64,000 bases of DNA from Rozella allomycis CSF55 (taxonomy: Eukaryota). Under the pieces are notes generated by a model. The model saw only the letters and a list, made by a program, of their open reading frames with translations, searched no databases and was not told the DNA's origin. The position numbers were made by a program, and so were the translations under genes. Shown in pieces: positions 51,163 through 64,000 of the stretch; positions within the stretch are counted from its first letter, which is position 1; each line of letters starts with the position of its first letter. Where the stretch lies: the NCBI GenBank assembly GCA_000442015.1, contig KE561347.1, forward strand, positions 1 through 64,000. Direction: 5' to 3'.

Positions 51163-54100
51163 TCAAAATTCATACCATTTTTTATTTTCTTCCTTTTCTC
51201 TCAATTGTTTGGCCAAATCAAGAAATGATTTCGCATTTTCAGCCATATCCTCTGTCTTCTTGTCCAGATTTGACAATTTCTCGCCTCTTTCCAATGCCGC
51301 CTTTATTAATTGATAAAAATTTAAATACATTTCCAAGGTCGGTAAAAACAGAATTGGAAGCAGAAGATTCAATGTTTACTTTGGAAATGGAAGAAGACCG
51401 TGAATTGTCTATTCGAGCTCCGGATACTTTAATTTTGAAAACTATGTTTTACATAATTCTTCTAAATCTTTCATTGATGTGCCTTTTCTTAACTGAATTT
51501 CTGGAATCTTTAAATCTTCATTGTAAAGCAACACTGAAGGCCTATTTCGCAAATTATTGGTTCATTACCCATTACGAGGATTGAAGGTTAATTCACAGAC
51601 ATTATTTTCGATTATAACATAATCAGAAGACAAGAGTTTAACATTTCCAGATGACTGAAAAGTAATCAGCTCACATTTGGGAAGGGAATAAACAGAAAAA
51701 GCACTTGTTGAATTTGTAGCTAAAACTAATCCATGATCTGTAGAAATAATNTAAATTATTAATTAATTACCCATGACGAGGATTGAATGCTAATTCACAG
51801 ACATTATTTTCGATAATAACATAATCAGAAGACAAGAGTTTAACATTTCCAGATGATTCAAATGTAATCTGCTCACATTTGGGAAGGGAATAAACAGAAA
51901 ATGCACTTGTTGAATTTGTAGCTAGAACTAATCCATGATCTGTAGAAACAATTTCAGCTTGAAGTAACATTTCTTTTTTAAATTTCCTGTGAATTAATTG
52001 CGAGATGCTTGGCGGCTCATGATTTATTAACTTATCGATTTCATAAACGTAGTAATCACTTTTAGTAGTGAGAATAAGAAATATCTTGTCAAGTTCTTTA
52101 ATGGATTTAGATGAAACGCTCCTTTTTGGTAAACTTGGCATACTATTTTCATTGTCAGCATCATTGTTAGAGTCGTTATCATGGTCAAGAGAGTTATTTT
52201 GAAGTAATTCAATATCATTATTAATATTGTGTTTTACCATTTGCCCAATGCCTAGTGTCTAATTCTAGAGTCTTTCCAACTTGATTGCAAGTATGAAGCA
52301 ATAATATTTCTTCCTTTAACGAAAATGAGTAAACTATTCAATAAAAAAATAAAATATACCTTGTATAAACACACCTTCTTTGAGAATGTAAAACAAAACT
52401 CTCCCAGTACTTGTTCCAATAATGAATACCATTTGAGATTCATATTCATAGCAAGCAGAACTACTCAAATGTTCATCAGGCATAAGACCATTAGGTTCTG
52501 ATAGATGAAGTAATAGGTTATTAGAGTAATCAAAAGCAACTAAACTGGCTTCTTTTGACTCCAACACCATACTATTATTTAGGGTATAATAAAGTTACTA
52601 ATTCCCATTTAATCTTAGACTCGCCCTATTTACCAATAAGTTTGAAATTTTAAACTTTAGCTGAAAGCCCGGAGATGTGCAATTTTCGAGATAGTCCAGA
52701 GTGACATTACTACAAACAGATAATGCAGTAACTTTATCTATTGAATCTCTATTAACAAAAGAAAACTCGTAAATATAAAAGAATTCTGCTGTTTGAACAA
52801 TAATGATCCTCGGCTTCGGATAAAATTGGTGGTCCAATATTTTCTCATTAACATCCAATGAAAATAACTCCAGATAGGATATTTTGGGAGTGTAAACCTG
52901 TAATCGACTTTTATTATTGATAAAACAAAGATCTGCATCGATAAATGGTTTAAATGGCTCTGGATACATGCTAAACTTTGAGGTGGGGCTTTCAAAACAA
53001 CTTATAATATCATCTATTAGGTTTTCATCTAAATTCTTATAAATTTTAACGTTTGAATCTGGCAGTATCGGATTTAGAGAATAGGGGAGCGGTATAAAGG
53101 GGAAGTGCTGATGGGAAACGTCTATAGCCTCAAGATTATTTTCTCCACAAACTGTTAGCATTTCAACATAATTATCTGAAGTAGAAATCGTAATAATATT
53201 ATAAACTTTAAAAGAAACGTCNAATTAGCATTTCGACATAGTTATCTGAATTAGAAATCGGAATAATATTATAAACTTTAAAAGAAACGTCAATGTACTG
53301 CAATTGAGTAATATCCTTAAAGTTATCTTTTTGAAATTGCAATATTTGTATTCCTTTGTCAAAATCTTTTGAACACCCACCAGAAATTATGATAATTGTA
53401 GTGTTCATAGTTGATTTGGCCCATTTCATATTTGAAAATTCAATTACAGTTTCTCCTTTGAACGCAGACATTCTTTCTTCAGCTGTAATTTTTGCGTAAA
53501 CTTTTAATGAAGAACTTTTGTAAATAATTATTTCTCCATCTTCACATCCCAGTGCAATATAATCCCCTGATGGATGCCAACATGCGACTTGCGCCCTTTT
53601 ATCCACGATTGTACTGCAATGAAGCTTACTTTTTCTGATATCCAAAATCCCGATAAAGCCATTGGCATGTACGAAAAGTAATAGTGATGGATCAGAAGGG
53701 TTGAACATCTGAATTAAAATATCTGATTCATTGTAATATTGAAAAGAAGCACTTGACCAAATTCCATTTTGCACATTCAACAATCTAATAGAATCTTTAA
53801 AGCTCACAAACAACCATTTTGATAAATTTGGTATCGCAGCTTCTAAAATATTCGATTGATTTGAAATGATATGCAGAATTCCTTTCTGCGCAATGCTCTT
53901 TTGATAATCAGATTTTACAATGGTCCTCGTTTTAATATTTTCATGATTTAAGTTCCATATATAAATAGTATTTTGATTATTTATCGCTGCGATTCTTCCA
54001 TGCCCCTCCTCGAACACCAGTCTGACAATGGGATGAACTGATTCTTCATGCTCCAAAATACAGAATTCATTTCTCCCTACAAATATTTTGCCATCATTAA

Positions 54101-54301
54101 ACCCAAATGCTAGTAATTTTTGTATAGGGTCACTCGACACGCTAGTAATTCTCTCGCAAGGAAAATGATTTCCAACCTATATATTTCAACTAAATAACTT
54201 ACATATCTACAAAATAATTCTTTTCCTTGGCATTTTGTAAAGTCTGCATTTTTCAGAATTGATGAATCTTGAGTCAAGGCATCTAGTATTTTGTTAAACA
54301 T
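51163..54301 (-). CDS. Tomosyn/Lgl/Sro7-family WD40 protein with C-terminal R-SNARE motif, multi-exon
   Basis: DPIQKLLAFG, FNPSD..LLF, CWHPSGDYIALG..DGEI; C-term ALERGEKLSNLDKKTEDMAENA..KKWYEF*. Confidence 0.85.
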
Positions 54302-54429
54302 AGGTGGCTAAGCAGTATCCAGGTTGAAATCTTTATTGTTTTTTCATTACTTGACATTCAAATTAGATGAGGTCTAAATTTAGCTCACATGAAAATTCAC
54401 GGCAAAAATAATACCCTGGCCTAAGACTA

Positions 54430-55525
54430 ATGCTAGGAAAATTTTTGTGCAGTTTACTGCGTAAAGTTAATGAAAAGCCATCTAAAGTATATGGCAAGGA
54501 AGAAACTCTAGCAAATCATCAGCTACATCGAAAGAATGAGATTTTGGCAACTTCTTTCGCTGCTGAAATACCCAGAACCATCACAGAAGGCGGTCTTGGA
54601 ATTTCGGAAAAATTAAACCTTAACCCGATTAGGAAATTCAAAAAATCATCTATTATTTTGGAAGGAGAGAGAAGCGCGGGCTTTGTTAATATAACTTTTG
54701 GAAAATCTTCTTGCACTATAAATCCCGTGGGTGCAACAATCGTTGATTATTCAGTCGACGGAGTTCCTGTCTTGGGAATTTATAAAGAAAGGGAAATTCT
54801 AAACTCCGAACATGTTAATGGAGGCATTCCAATTATTTTCCGTAATCAAAATAGTACACTTTTATTTAGCATTTGGAACGAGGCCCGGCGAGGATATTTC
54901 CAGTGGGCAATTGTGGATTTGGGATGAGAAAGTTTTGGAAAATTCAAATTTTACTGAAACATCTTTTATATTATGCGATAATGAATCGACAAGGTCAATT
55001 TGGCCACATTCTTTTAAGCTTACATACACTGTTATGTTATACGAAAACGTGTTGAAAACGAGAATATACGTTGAGAATATGTCTTTGCAAACTTTTGATT
55101 TCACGATTCTATTTCATAATTACTTAAATTTATATTTTACCCAATTTGCAGCATTAGAAGGTGTGAAAGGGGCGTTATTTAATGAGTTTGGTCTCGATTA
55201 TGAAGAAGTAAAAGACTGTAGGCCCAGCGTATTTGTGCAACGTGAAATTGATAGGATATACTGGGACATTAAGAGGCCATTAAAATTAAATTATGATCTT
55301 GGATATGTGAATATTACATTGCAGGGTTTTCCCGATATAAGTCTGTGGAATCCTGCAATTCAAGATCATCATTATCAAGACAAAAAAGAAGTAATATATC
55401 TAAGACTTTTTGAGTAGTTTAAAAAAATGATTTGCGTTATTCCAGGAAACTTTACGAAACCTAGCGTTCTCGAACCAGCTGGTAAATGGCAAGGTGAACA
55501 AATTTTGAACCCCGTATTCCAATAA
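54430..55525 (+). CDS. D-hexose-6-phosphate mutarotase / aldose-1-epimerase-like protein
   Basis: GATIV, GGIPIIFPFG, WPHSFKL, FHNYL, EIDRIY, LWNPA, MICVIPG. Confidence 0.75.
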
Positions 55526-55586
55526 ATTCAGCTTTTTGATCTGAATGTAGTTTTGTTTAGTATTTCATTTCATGCGCCACATTTGA

Positions 55587-56666
55587 ATGGGCATATTTGA
55601 CTCTCCGTTCGCTTGGATATGCTATTATTTCTTGGCCAACTTAGGTCTCACAATCCATAACAAATGGGTTCTAAGCCAATTACACTTTGATTTTCCGTGG
55701 CTTTTAACTGCAATCCATATTGGCGTGTCAGGTTTAGGCGCGTTTGTCACACTAATTCGTACAAAGACAATATCTGCACCTTTGAACGCTCGTGAAACTA
55801 TAAAATTGGTACTGTTTAGTTTGTTATACACAATCAATATAGCAATCAGCAATGTGTCCTTAAATTACGTCAGCCTTTCATTCCATCAAATTGCAAGATC
55901 TATGACACCATTCTTTACCGTCTTAATAGAACTTTTATGGTTTACAAAGTTTCAAAAAATGGTAACATACCTCTCATTGCTTCCAGTAATGTAATAGTTG
56001 AATCAAAAGGAGGTTGTGATAGGAGTAATATTTTCAACTATAGGTGAATCCAAAGCTATAAACTTCGACTCTTATGGATGTATTCTTACTTTTATTGGAG
56101 TCTTTCTATCAGCATTGAAGGGAATTGCCACAAATAGAATGATGAGCGGAAATCTGAAACTACATCCGCTTGAATTGCTACATAGATTGGCACCATTAGC
56201 TTTTGTTCAATGCATAATCTATGCATATTGCTTTGGAGAGATTGATAATTTAAAGATATTTCTATTTGGAGGGTCAGATTCAATTTCCTTTGGCACGAAA
56301 AATCCACAAGAAAGAACCGTTTTATTGATGAAACTTGTTTTTAATGGACTTTTAGCGTTTTGGCTAAATTACGTTAGCTTTACTGCAAATAAGAAAACTT
56401 CAGCCCTTAGTATGACAGTTGCGGGAAATTGCAAACAAGCATTCTCAATAATACTTGCCATTTACATTTTTGCAACCCCTGTGAGCGCCATTAGCGGTGT
56501 TGGTATTTTTATAACCTTATTAGGGGGTGCTTGGTACAGGTACTTCAAATTTGTTCCCTTGATTAGTTATCTAGCGTACTTGGAGAAGACAAGAAAGTAC
56601 AATGTCATTCCGAACGAAATACCTGAAACAAAATTTGACAATAGTGTTCAAGTTATAATAAAATGA
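55587..56666 (+). CDS. TPT/nucleotide-sugar transporter family (SLC35E-like)
   Basis: LTIHNKW, FPWLLTAIH, SNVSLNYVSLSFHQIARS, NYVSFTANKKTSALSMTVAGNCKQ. Confidence 0.9.
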
Positions 56667-56703
56667 ATATTTCAACATTATTTTAAGCAATCACAATTCT
56701 CCG

Positions 56704-58356
56704 ATGCCTGAAGATGATAGTCTCCATTCTTTAGAAAATATGCCTGTGGATTATCGAGAAATAGTTCAATTAGCAGTTAAAGATGTCGAAAACATGTACT
56801 CTCATTCTTTAGAGCCCCACGCACTGTTCCAATTAGCCGAATTCGGACAGCAAGGTATGCCTTGAAAATTGGATTTTAGAGATCAAAATTTGATACCATT
56901 AATTGAAAACCTCTCTGAATACTCTATAGTAGATCATCCACACAGCATGGGTGCATTGACTCTAATTCTTGGTTGGATTCCGACCCCAGCTAAAGAAAAG
57001 CGAACGGAGTTAAAGAATTTTATCAAATCCATTATCAAATCATACACTATAGAATTCCATGATTCTAAGGAGCCTAATCAAAAAATTATTAATGCCGCAA
57101 GAATTCTGTACATTTTGTTGATTCGGTGGGCGGGGCAAATGAGTGATGAGTTGTATGATTCAGAATTAGTCGAGCAAGTTATCTCCATACTAAAAGAATC
57201 TCATAACTCATTATTGATGTTTTCATGTTTAAATTTGCTTGATGGCATTTCACATACAAGTAACATTAACATGGTACTAAGAAAGAAACATCAAAGTTGA
57301 AGTTGATAGAAAATAAATCCGTACAGGAATATTTCGAAGAGATTAACATTTGCAGTGAAACAATAGATTATAATGATGTTCCAAAGAGGCATTTCTCGTT
57401 TTTGCTAAAGCATTTGGCTGAAAAGAAATGTAACATATTTCTTTGCGTCAATAGAAGTTAAATTCTTTCCTCTAAATGAATTCTGCCCCGGAAATGTTAG
57501 TATTAACGGCAAAGATAAAACTTCGTCTCTTAAATTAGGATCAACTCTTCTCGAAGTATTGAATAACTCTCAATTTAACTAGTTCAGGAATGATTCTTTA
57601 TTCTTTGAAAGTGCAAGAGCGTCATTGCCGTGTATATCTGGCTCAACGTATTATGAAGTTACGATTTTGAGCAATGGGATCTGTCAAATTGGATGGTCTA
57701 CTAAACAATTAGTTTTCAACCCTGAAGAGGGCGTGGGTGTCGGTGATGATGATTCATCATTTGGATTTGACGGCTGTCGAAAAAAATTATGGCACAATGG
57801 TCAATCTGTAGATTATGAGAATACAATTGTCTGGAAGGCCGGAGATGTAATTGGATGTTTCCTCGATTTAAAAAATGGATTTGTGCTATTCTTCTTAAAC
57901 GGAACACCAATAGAGCCAATGTTTTATATCGAAGAAGAAAAAGTTCAAGAAATCAAAGAAAAAGGAGGTTTGTATCCTGCCTTTTCCCTATTAACATACC
58001 AGCACGTAATGGTGAATTTCGGACATGACGCATTTGAATATTCAGACGATTTAAATATATTTTTGCATAAAGTATACGGAGAACAATGCGATGCGGATGA
58101 AAGGTGGAAAAGTTTAGAAGAGCAAGCACCTCAAATTACAACACTACGGCAAACAATGAGCAACTTAAGTATCCTGTCTCATGACAATACATGCACCGTT
58201 TGTTTTGCTTCAATCGCTAATTGTACAGTTTATCCTTGTCTACACAATTTTTGCAAAGAATGTTCGTCAAAAGTGGTCAACTGCCCATTGTGCAGGACCT
58301 TTCTGCATAAGAACATGACAGAGTTAGTACTTCCAAATGTATGTAATAAACAATAA
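56704..58356 (+). CDS. SPRY + RING E3 ligase (RSPRY1-like), multi-exon
   Basis: RNDSLFFESARA, YYEVTILSNGICQIGW, GVGDDDSSFGFDG, NFG; C-terminal RING CTVC..PCLH..CKEC..CPLCR. Confidence 0.85.
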
Positions 58357-58358
58357 TT

Positions 58359-59075
58359 TTAAGCGGTGACTTTATTCTGATCTAATTTTTGTGGTTCGGG
58401 ATTGGTCTCCACGTATGCTGGCTCTGTATCGTCCAGATAACTAGGTTCTCCTTCAAATTCAAAATCGGCTTCATTTTGAAGAGCCTCCAATTCTCATTAA
58501 ATGTATCAGAATTAATTACCTGCTTCCAATTCATCCTCATCAACATCATCAGGCAGTCCATAAGAGCGGCCCAACGCTTCTTGAACTTCATTTGATTGCT
58601 CAAGGAGATCCTCAATTTCATCTTGCAAATTGTCGATTTTATCTATGTTGATAGCCTTGAATTGTGTTTTCATTTCTTTAGCTGCAATTTTCATAGCGTC
58701 AACGGTAGTAACAGTACTTTTCATGCTTTCTAATGCAAAATTAGTCTGATCCATATTGAAAGACTGTTGCATCATCATGTCTCGCTGTCCTTCATATAGT
58801 TTCTTTTGTTTAAGCACACGGAGGGCCTTTGATTTTATAGCATTCTAAAAATAAATAGAAAAATAGATACCTTGGCTGGACCATCTTTCATTTTAGACAT
58901 TTGATCTTTGTATCTTGCAAGTTCAGCATCCAGCTTCTTAACTTTTACTTCGACACTCTCAGTTCTGGAATCCATCTATCAAGTTTAAGGATTTCATAAA
59001 TATTACTTTTTCAATTGCATCGTTGAGTGTTGGCTTTGGTGCTTTCGGTTTTGTTGAACCGAAGAATCGATTCAT
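58359..59075 (-). CDS. VPS60: ESCRT-III Vps60/CHMP5, multi-exon
   Basis: [56 protein letters not shown]. Confidence 0.93.
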
Positions 59076-59090
59076 TTCGCAATTTTCTAA

Positions 59091-59825
59091 ATGTATCAAT
59101 TTAGATTTTATCATTCATTTGCTAAGCGCCCGCCGCTCACAGCATTCATCTTACAAAATAAGGATAAACTTAGAAAAATAGTAGCAGCACTACCAGTTAC
59201 AATGTCATTTACATGCGCAGTGGGCTCATTATATTTTACGGGACTTTATTTCTATCCTTTGGACCCAATGTTTAAAGGAGCCGATTATCCATTGATGGTC
59301 AAAAAAGATATTATAAAGGGGACATATTACAGAGACTTTAATTACATATATACATACTTCAAAAAGGCAATATCGAGGTTGACGTTTAAAGGGTATGATG
59401 AAAACTCACAGGAAATCATTAAAATCAACATTTTTCTTGCCCAAAGAATGCTGAATACCATCGATGTTCCTTTAACTCCAATGCTGGAGCTTTTCGAATT
59501 TCTGTCTAGGAAGACACGACCGGGTATTAGTTTTAATACTATAATATTAGGGGAAACACCAGAAAATGAAGCTATTCGAATTTATACAGCAATATTAGTG
59601 GCTAACCGAATGGCTGGCAAGTATATTGATCGTGGTGACTTTTTAGCATCACGAAAATGTTTGAGTTGGGCAATGAAAATGATAGTAAATGAATGAAACC
59701 TATAATTTTAGTTAAATACACCGGAGCATTTAAAAGATCACATTCACGTAGAATTCGATGTCATCAAGAATTTAAAAGAAAAGGCGGCAGTACTTAAACC
59801 ATATATTGAGCTTTTGGAAAAATAA
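59091..59825 (+). CDS. Hypothetical protein with presequence-like N-term and one TM segment (possibly Mgr3-like)
   Basis: R/K-rich N-term, hydrophobic segment, helical remainder; family call is weak. Confidence 0.45.
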
Positions 59826-59866
59826 ACAAAGTGGTATCTAACGATTACTGCAATTTATAGTTTTCG

Positions 59867-60646
59867 ATGGACCAGGTTTTTAATTTTTCTAGTGATCAGA
59901 CCTCACGAAAGCGGACATTAATTGATAGTGTAAAGAGGCGCTCGAAAATCAATAGACCCACGTCCTTATTTATAGCATCACCAGTCTCCGCGGAGCCTCT
60001 TACAACTACCAGAAATGAAAAATCCGTTAAAGAATTGTCCTTAATTCTAGAAAAGGAAAAAGAAAATGTAATGCGGAAACGTGAAAAAGTCGCTTTGATT
60101 AAAAACAGTAATGAATTTATTAATAAGCAAATTGAAATTTTGAAGACAAGGCAGTCATCATTATTGGATACCTTAGCAAATGAAAAGGCTGTAATTAGAC
60201 GATTGGAATCAGAAATCGAGCGTGAACGACAAAATGTACGCGGCATGAAAGACCAGAATGAAGGTGAAAAAAATAGGATAGAAAGTGTAAAAAAGAACTT
60301 CTTAAAACAAATTGATTCGGAAAGAGAAGATCTCAAGGCTATCATAACCAAACTACAGGAGTCAATTGAAAAAAGAACAGTACAGGTAGACCAAATGAAT
60401 AAAATATCGGAAAAGCTGACAGGAAGGGAATATAAAATCAGCAGCCCTAGAAAATACTCAGATGTTGCCAGAACTTTAGGGAAATCAGATTTCCGCGAAA
60501 GCCTTGAAAGCAGGGTGAAAGCACTTTCCATTGAAACTCATGTCCGGCGAGAGTCACTCGATATTATAGAAATGGCAGACAGAGCTCAAACACCTGGTTC
60601 TCTTGACCTTCAATTAAATAACATTTCCGAATTCATGGAAGATTAA
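59867..60646 (+). CDS. Coiled-coil protein of unknown function
   Basis: 259-aa ORF with a long E/K/R heptad-like stretch. Confidence 0.65.
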   Translation: MDQVFNFSSDQTSRKRTLIDSVKRRSKINRPTSLFIASPVSAEPLTTTRNEKSVKELSLILEKEKENVMRKREKVALIKNSNEFINKQIEILKTRQSSLLDTLANEKAVIRRLESEIERERQNVRGMKDQNEGEKNRIESVKKNFLKQIDSEREDLKAIITKLQESIEKRTVQVDQMNKISEKLTGREYKISSPRKYSDVARTLGKSDFRESLESRVKALSIETHVRRESLDIIEMADRAQTPGSLDLQLNNISEFMED

Positions 60647-62057
60647 TATGTTAACTTGTTTGTATTTCATAATAAAAAAGAAAATTTTGATCTTCTAAGA
60701 GCATTTTTCCAATCCACATACATATTTCAAATTTAGAGCTATGATAGGGCTAACGTTGGAATTGAGTATACCAGAGTATGCTATAAGCAATTAAATATTA
60801 AATTCGTAGTTCCAAGCTACTATTGTAGCGGTTTTCAAAACTGTGCATGTTGGAAGTCCGTCAGGCGTCAAGAAATTTTCCAAATACGTAAATGTAAAAA
60901 ATCTTCCCTTGCTTTTGTAGCTTTTTAGAAAAGCCTTATTTACTTTAGCTAGAAGATTTTTACTATATAAAACTGTTTCTTTTGATTGACTTTACGACTA
61001 AAGCTAAGCGTAAAGACAGATACGAGAAATACATAACTATTTCACTATTTTTTGTGATTTAATTAATCTTTGTTTAAGACAAGACATAGTTAACTGGTAG
61101 TCCACTTTGCTAACCTGACATTATCCCCTTCTCTGTCTCATTGAGATTTATTTTAATGTAATACTTTATACTAGCCGGTAAGTTGAATCTCAATAGGTGA
61201 AAGAATCCATTGGTTCACGAAACCATTATTTGGATAATTCAATCTTACCTGTGGCAAAGTTGTGCTAGTTTCTCAGAGTTAGTTGCAACATTTTATAGTG
61301 GCTTCGTCACTACATAGCAACTTTGATGGGATAATGGAAATTCATCATCATTATAAGTCGTTTGAAAGGATTCCCATTGATTAATTAAATATCCATACTT
61401 CCATAGAGGAATTAATTCTTATCACCATAGACATATGTTGAAAAGGAGGTGACGAGCAATAGAACTAATTAAGCAGAGTTATTATAATCGATGATTCGAT
61501 GGTTCTTCAATTTTACGATTTCAAACGCCGTTCATTATTTTTATATCATTTTTAGTATTCTCTTTATAGTTACATCATTTTGTCATTTGTGTCTGTTGTA
61601 ACCATTTTTACTCTAACATATCCAACACAATTGGTTTGTAAGGTGGAAAATCCATTTGAATGTCTCTAACTTTTGCATGGTCTTGCTTAAACCATGTTCT
61701 TATTTTTGCTTCGATTGACGATTCCTTTGATTCGTGATTCTCTTCTCTAATGAAAAATGAAACTAGCAAATTTTGAGATTGAGGCATTATATTCTTATTC
61801 TCAGTTGGTGGAGTGATTTGTCTGGTTAATTTCGAGTGCTACTGTGCTAGTTTAATAAACGGGATAAGAAAATACAATTATAGATTTGAATATTGTGAAT
61901 AATTAAAGCAACGCTTATCATTCCATATGTGATGTTTGGATAAAAATTCAGTATAACAGCGCTCGTCCCTCAAACCTGATACTAGTGAGACGCAAAGGCG
62001 AGAATGGCAGTGGAGTAGAGAGTACCCGTTAAATATGTCTGATTCATAAATAAAGAT

Positions 62058-62103
62058 TTATCGGACGGGGAGTTTACGACCCGGACTTCAGAAACGATTA
62101 TTG
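62058..62103 (-). repeat. Dispersed repeat copy (partner of 23466-23510)
   Basis: Reverse complement matches 23466-23510 with few differences; truncated by n at 62106. Confidence 0.8.
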
Positions 62104-62106
62104 GCN

Positions 62107-64000
62107 TAGAAGTATTGAGTGGATTAGAACAACACTTCACATTGGCTCTGTTGAAAGTGCATTTGACAAGTGGATCAAGTTGACCAATGCTGCATATGAA
62201 GTGACCAGTGATGCACGGCCAGTGCTCTTACTTGATGAAATTGGGGTGTTTATGGGCATGACTAATAGACCGTCTTCGACAAAGAATGATGCGAATGGTA
62301 ATTTCCTTATTCATACCTATCTTTCTGATGCTATTACTACTTTATTGAACCGATGTTATGTTATTGTTTCTGGGACTAGAGATGTCAATCTGTCTGCTTT
62401 GAGTGACTATTCCAACTTTGTTACCAACAATTTCTCACTGACACCGTTTTCAATGGAGGATGCCTATCAATATGGAGTGAATTATTTGACCTTGAAGGAT
62501 TGCAGGGATCAATGGCCAAATACCTTTGATGATTTCATGAACGATTCGTCCCTTCTTAGCCTCTTCTACCAGACTTTGCAAGTGCCAAGATTAGTCGTCT
62601 TTGCTGTTGAAGCGTTTTTTGAAAGTTCATCGGGCAATCCTGCTTGTTCGTCATTTGAAGCAAAAACCCTCAAATGGTACAAAGATGCCNACATCCTCCA
62701 TTGAAAACGGTGTCAGTGAGATATTGGTGGTAACAAACTTGGAATAGTCAGCAGTCAAAGCAAACAGATTGCCATCTCTAGTCCCGGAAGCAATAACATA
62801 ACATCGGTTCAATAGAGTAGTAATAGCATCAGAAAGATAGGTATGCATAAGGAAATTAACATTCGCTTTCTTTGTCGAAGACGGTCTATGTGTCATGCCC
62901 ATAAACACCCCAATTTCATCAAGTAAGAGCACTGGCCGTGCATCACTGGTCACTTCATATGCAGCATTGGTCAACTTGATCCACTTGTCAAATGCACTTT
63001 CAACAGAGCCAATGTGAAGTGTTGTTCTTATCCACTCAATACTCCTGAATTCAACTCCATCAACTACGCATCCCTCAAAAATTTTCCACAAATGATCAAG
63101 AATAATCTCCATCCAAAGATCTTCGGCAAAATTCTCATGCTCTAAAACTTTCTTATATTTGCTCAAATCAACAACTGCCAGCCGCCCAATAGCACGAGCC
63201 GCACTCAGCTGAGAATTGTCGATCTCCACACCAAATCCTTCAGGATCGACAAGTGCTTTTAAAACAGTCGTCTTCCCTAGCCCACGAGTAGCACATAGAA
63301 CTCCAACTGATGTCTATATCGGTGTATCCACCAAAACTTNCTTCTTTCGAAATAGCTTCAATCTGTGTTTCTCGTCCAAGAAGAGGAAGTGTGGGTCCAT
63401 TCTTTTGAAGGCATTTAATTAGAACATCTCNTGAAGCGTTTAGTGCCAGTTCATTGGTCATTGCTGCTTGTTCGTCATTTGAAGCAAAAACCCTCAAATG
63501 GTACAAAGATGCCTCGCAGTCGTTTGGGTCCTACTCTGATCATGATCTTGTTCACATCTTGTTTGCTTGTGCATCTGGCTATCGCTTGTCACAGAATGAT
63601 TGCATTCCAGGTACAGACCTCTTAGTTCGTGATTTTATTGATGGAGGAATGATTTTTCATTATGTTGATGGTCGATTTACGACCCTGCTGTGGATCTTTG
63701 CCAAAGAGAGGTTAGTTGATCTTGATACTTATGCCAAAACTTTGATTCCAAATAACGATCTCTCCAAGTGCTTTTTTTCATTCGATTCTTGGCTCAACAA
63801 GTCACTGAATCTACATTCAATTGGTGTGGAATTCGAGGCCATCTTTGCTCATTCTCTTTGCATCAAGTATTACCTCCATTCTCTTGTGAACGGTGAAGGC
63901 CCTTTTAGCTTTTCTGCTNTGCTTGTCACAGAATGATTGCATTCCAGGTACAGGCCTCGTAGGTGGTGATCGTATTGATGGAGGAATGATTTTTCATTAT
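62107..64000. other. Jumbled fragments of a multicopy P-loop NTPase gene, Crinkler (CRN)-type NTPase + nuclease-like
   Basis: Minus strand LPLLGRETQI and CATRGLGKTT (Walker A); VLLLDEIG (Walker B) and QVPRL in fragments; GVEFEAIFAHSL; diverged copies in both orientations separated by n. Confidence 0.55.

Noticed and set aside
755-59825. Alternative genetic code or stop readthrough to explain fragmented ORFs
   Set aside because: The breaks I examined in conserved genes are explained by short GT-AG introns or n-joins
59896-60531. 211-aa hydrophobic antisense ORF
   Set aside because: Mirror of an E/K-rich coiled-coil gene in the antisense frame
60650-62050. Possible hidden or decayed gene
   Set aside because: No coherent spliced frame or motif found by eye; cannot be excluded without RNA-seq

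Overview
Gene-dense, AT-rich eukaryotic genomic DNA. Most housekeeping genes are split by very short GT-AG introns (26-29 nt in those I counted), and intergenic gaps can be under 20 bp. Flagellar-associated genes (CEP41, C2orf81-like), fungal/opisthokont housekeeping genes, lineage-specific secreted proteins and Crinkler-like fragments suggest a zoosporic early-diverging fungus or Cryptomycota (Rozella-like); this is inference only. About 33 genes are recognisable: EIPR1, CEP41, XPO7, a mitochondrial-type ABCB half transporter, FANCJ/RTEL1 helicase, ICP55, two BSP-type secreted metallopeptidases, NUP188, a secreted cationic family, DMC1, SEC14, a bacterial-type IDH, ATM/TEL1, ANKRD40, a retropepsin-like protease, Elongin A, PHF5A, an FHA-forkhead factor, YccF, TPP2, tomosyn, a hexose-6-P epimerase-like gene, a TPT transporter, an SPRY-RING ligase, VPS60 and CRN-like NTPase fragments. 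Most single 'n' bases join two overlapping, slightly diverged copies of the same sequence, most likely haplotype/assembly joins. The most striking unexplained signal is a kilobase-scale saw-tooth G/C strand skew, with abrupt C-rich to G-rich flips at GC/CpG-rich points that ignore gene orientation and reshape protein composition. Other candidates are a shared X-Pro dipeptide leader on unrelated secreted proteins, an insertion that duplicated a bidirectional promoter, two intron-bearing bacterial-type genes, and a dispersed structured repeat. All calls come from reading the sequence by eye; no searches were run and exon boundaries are approximate.
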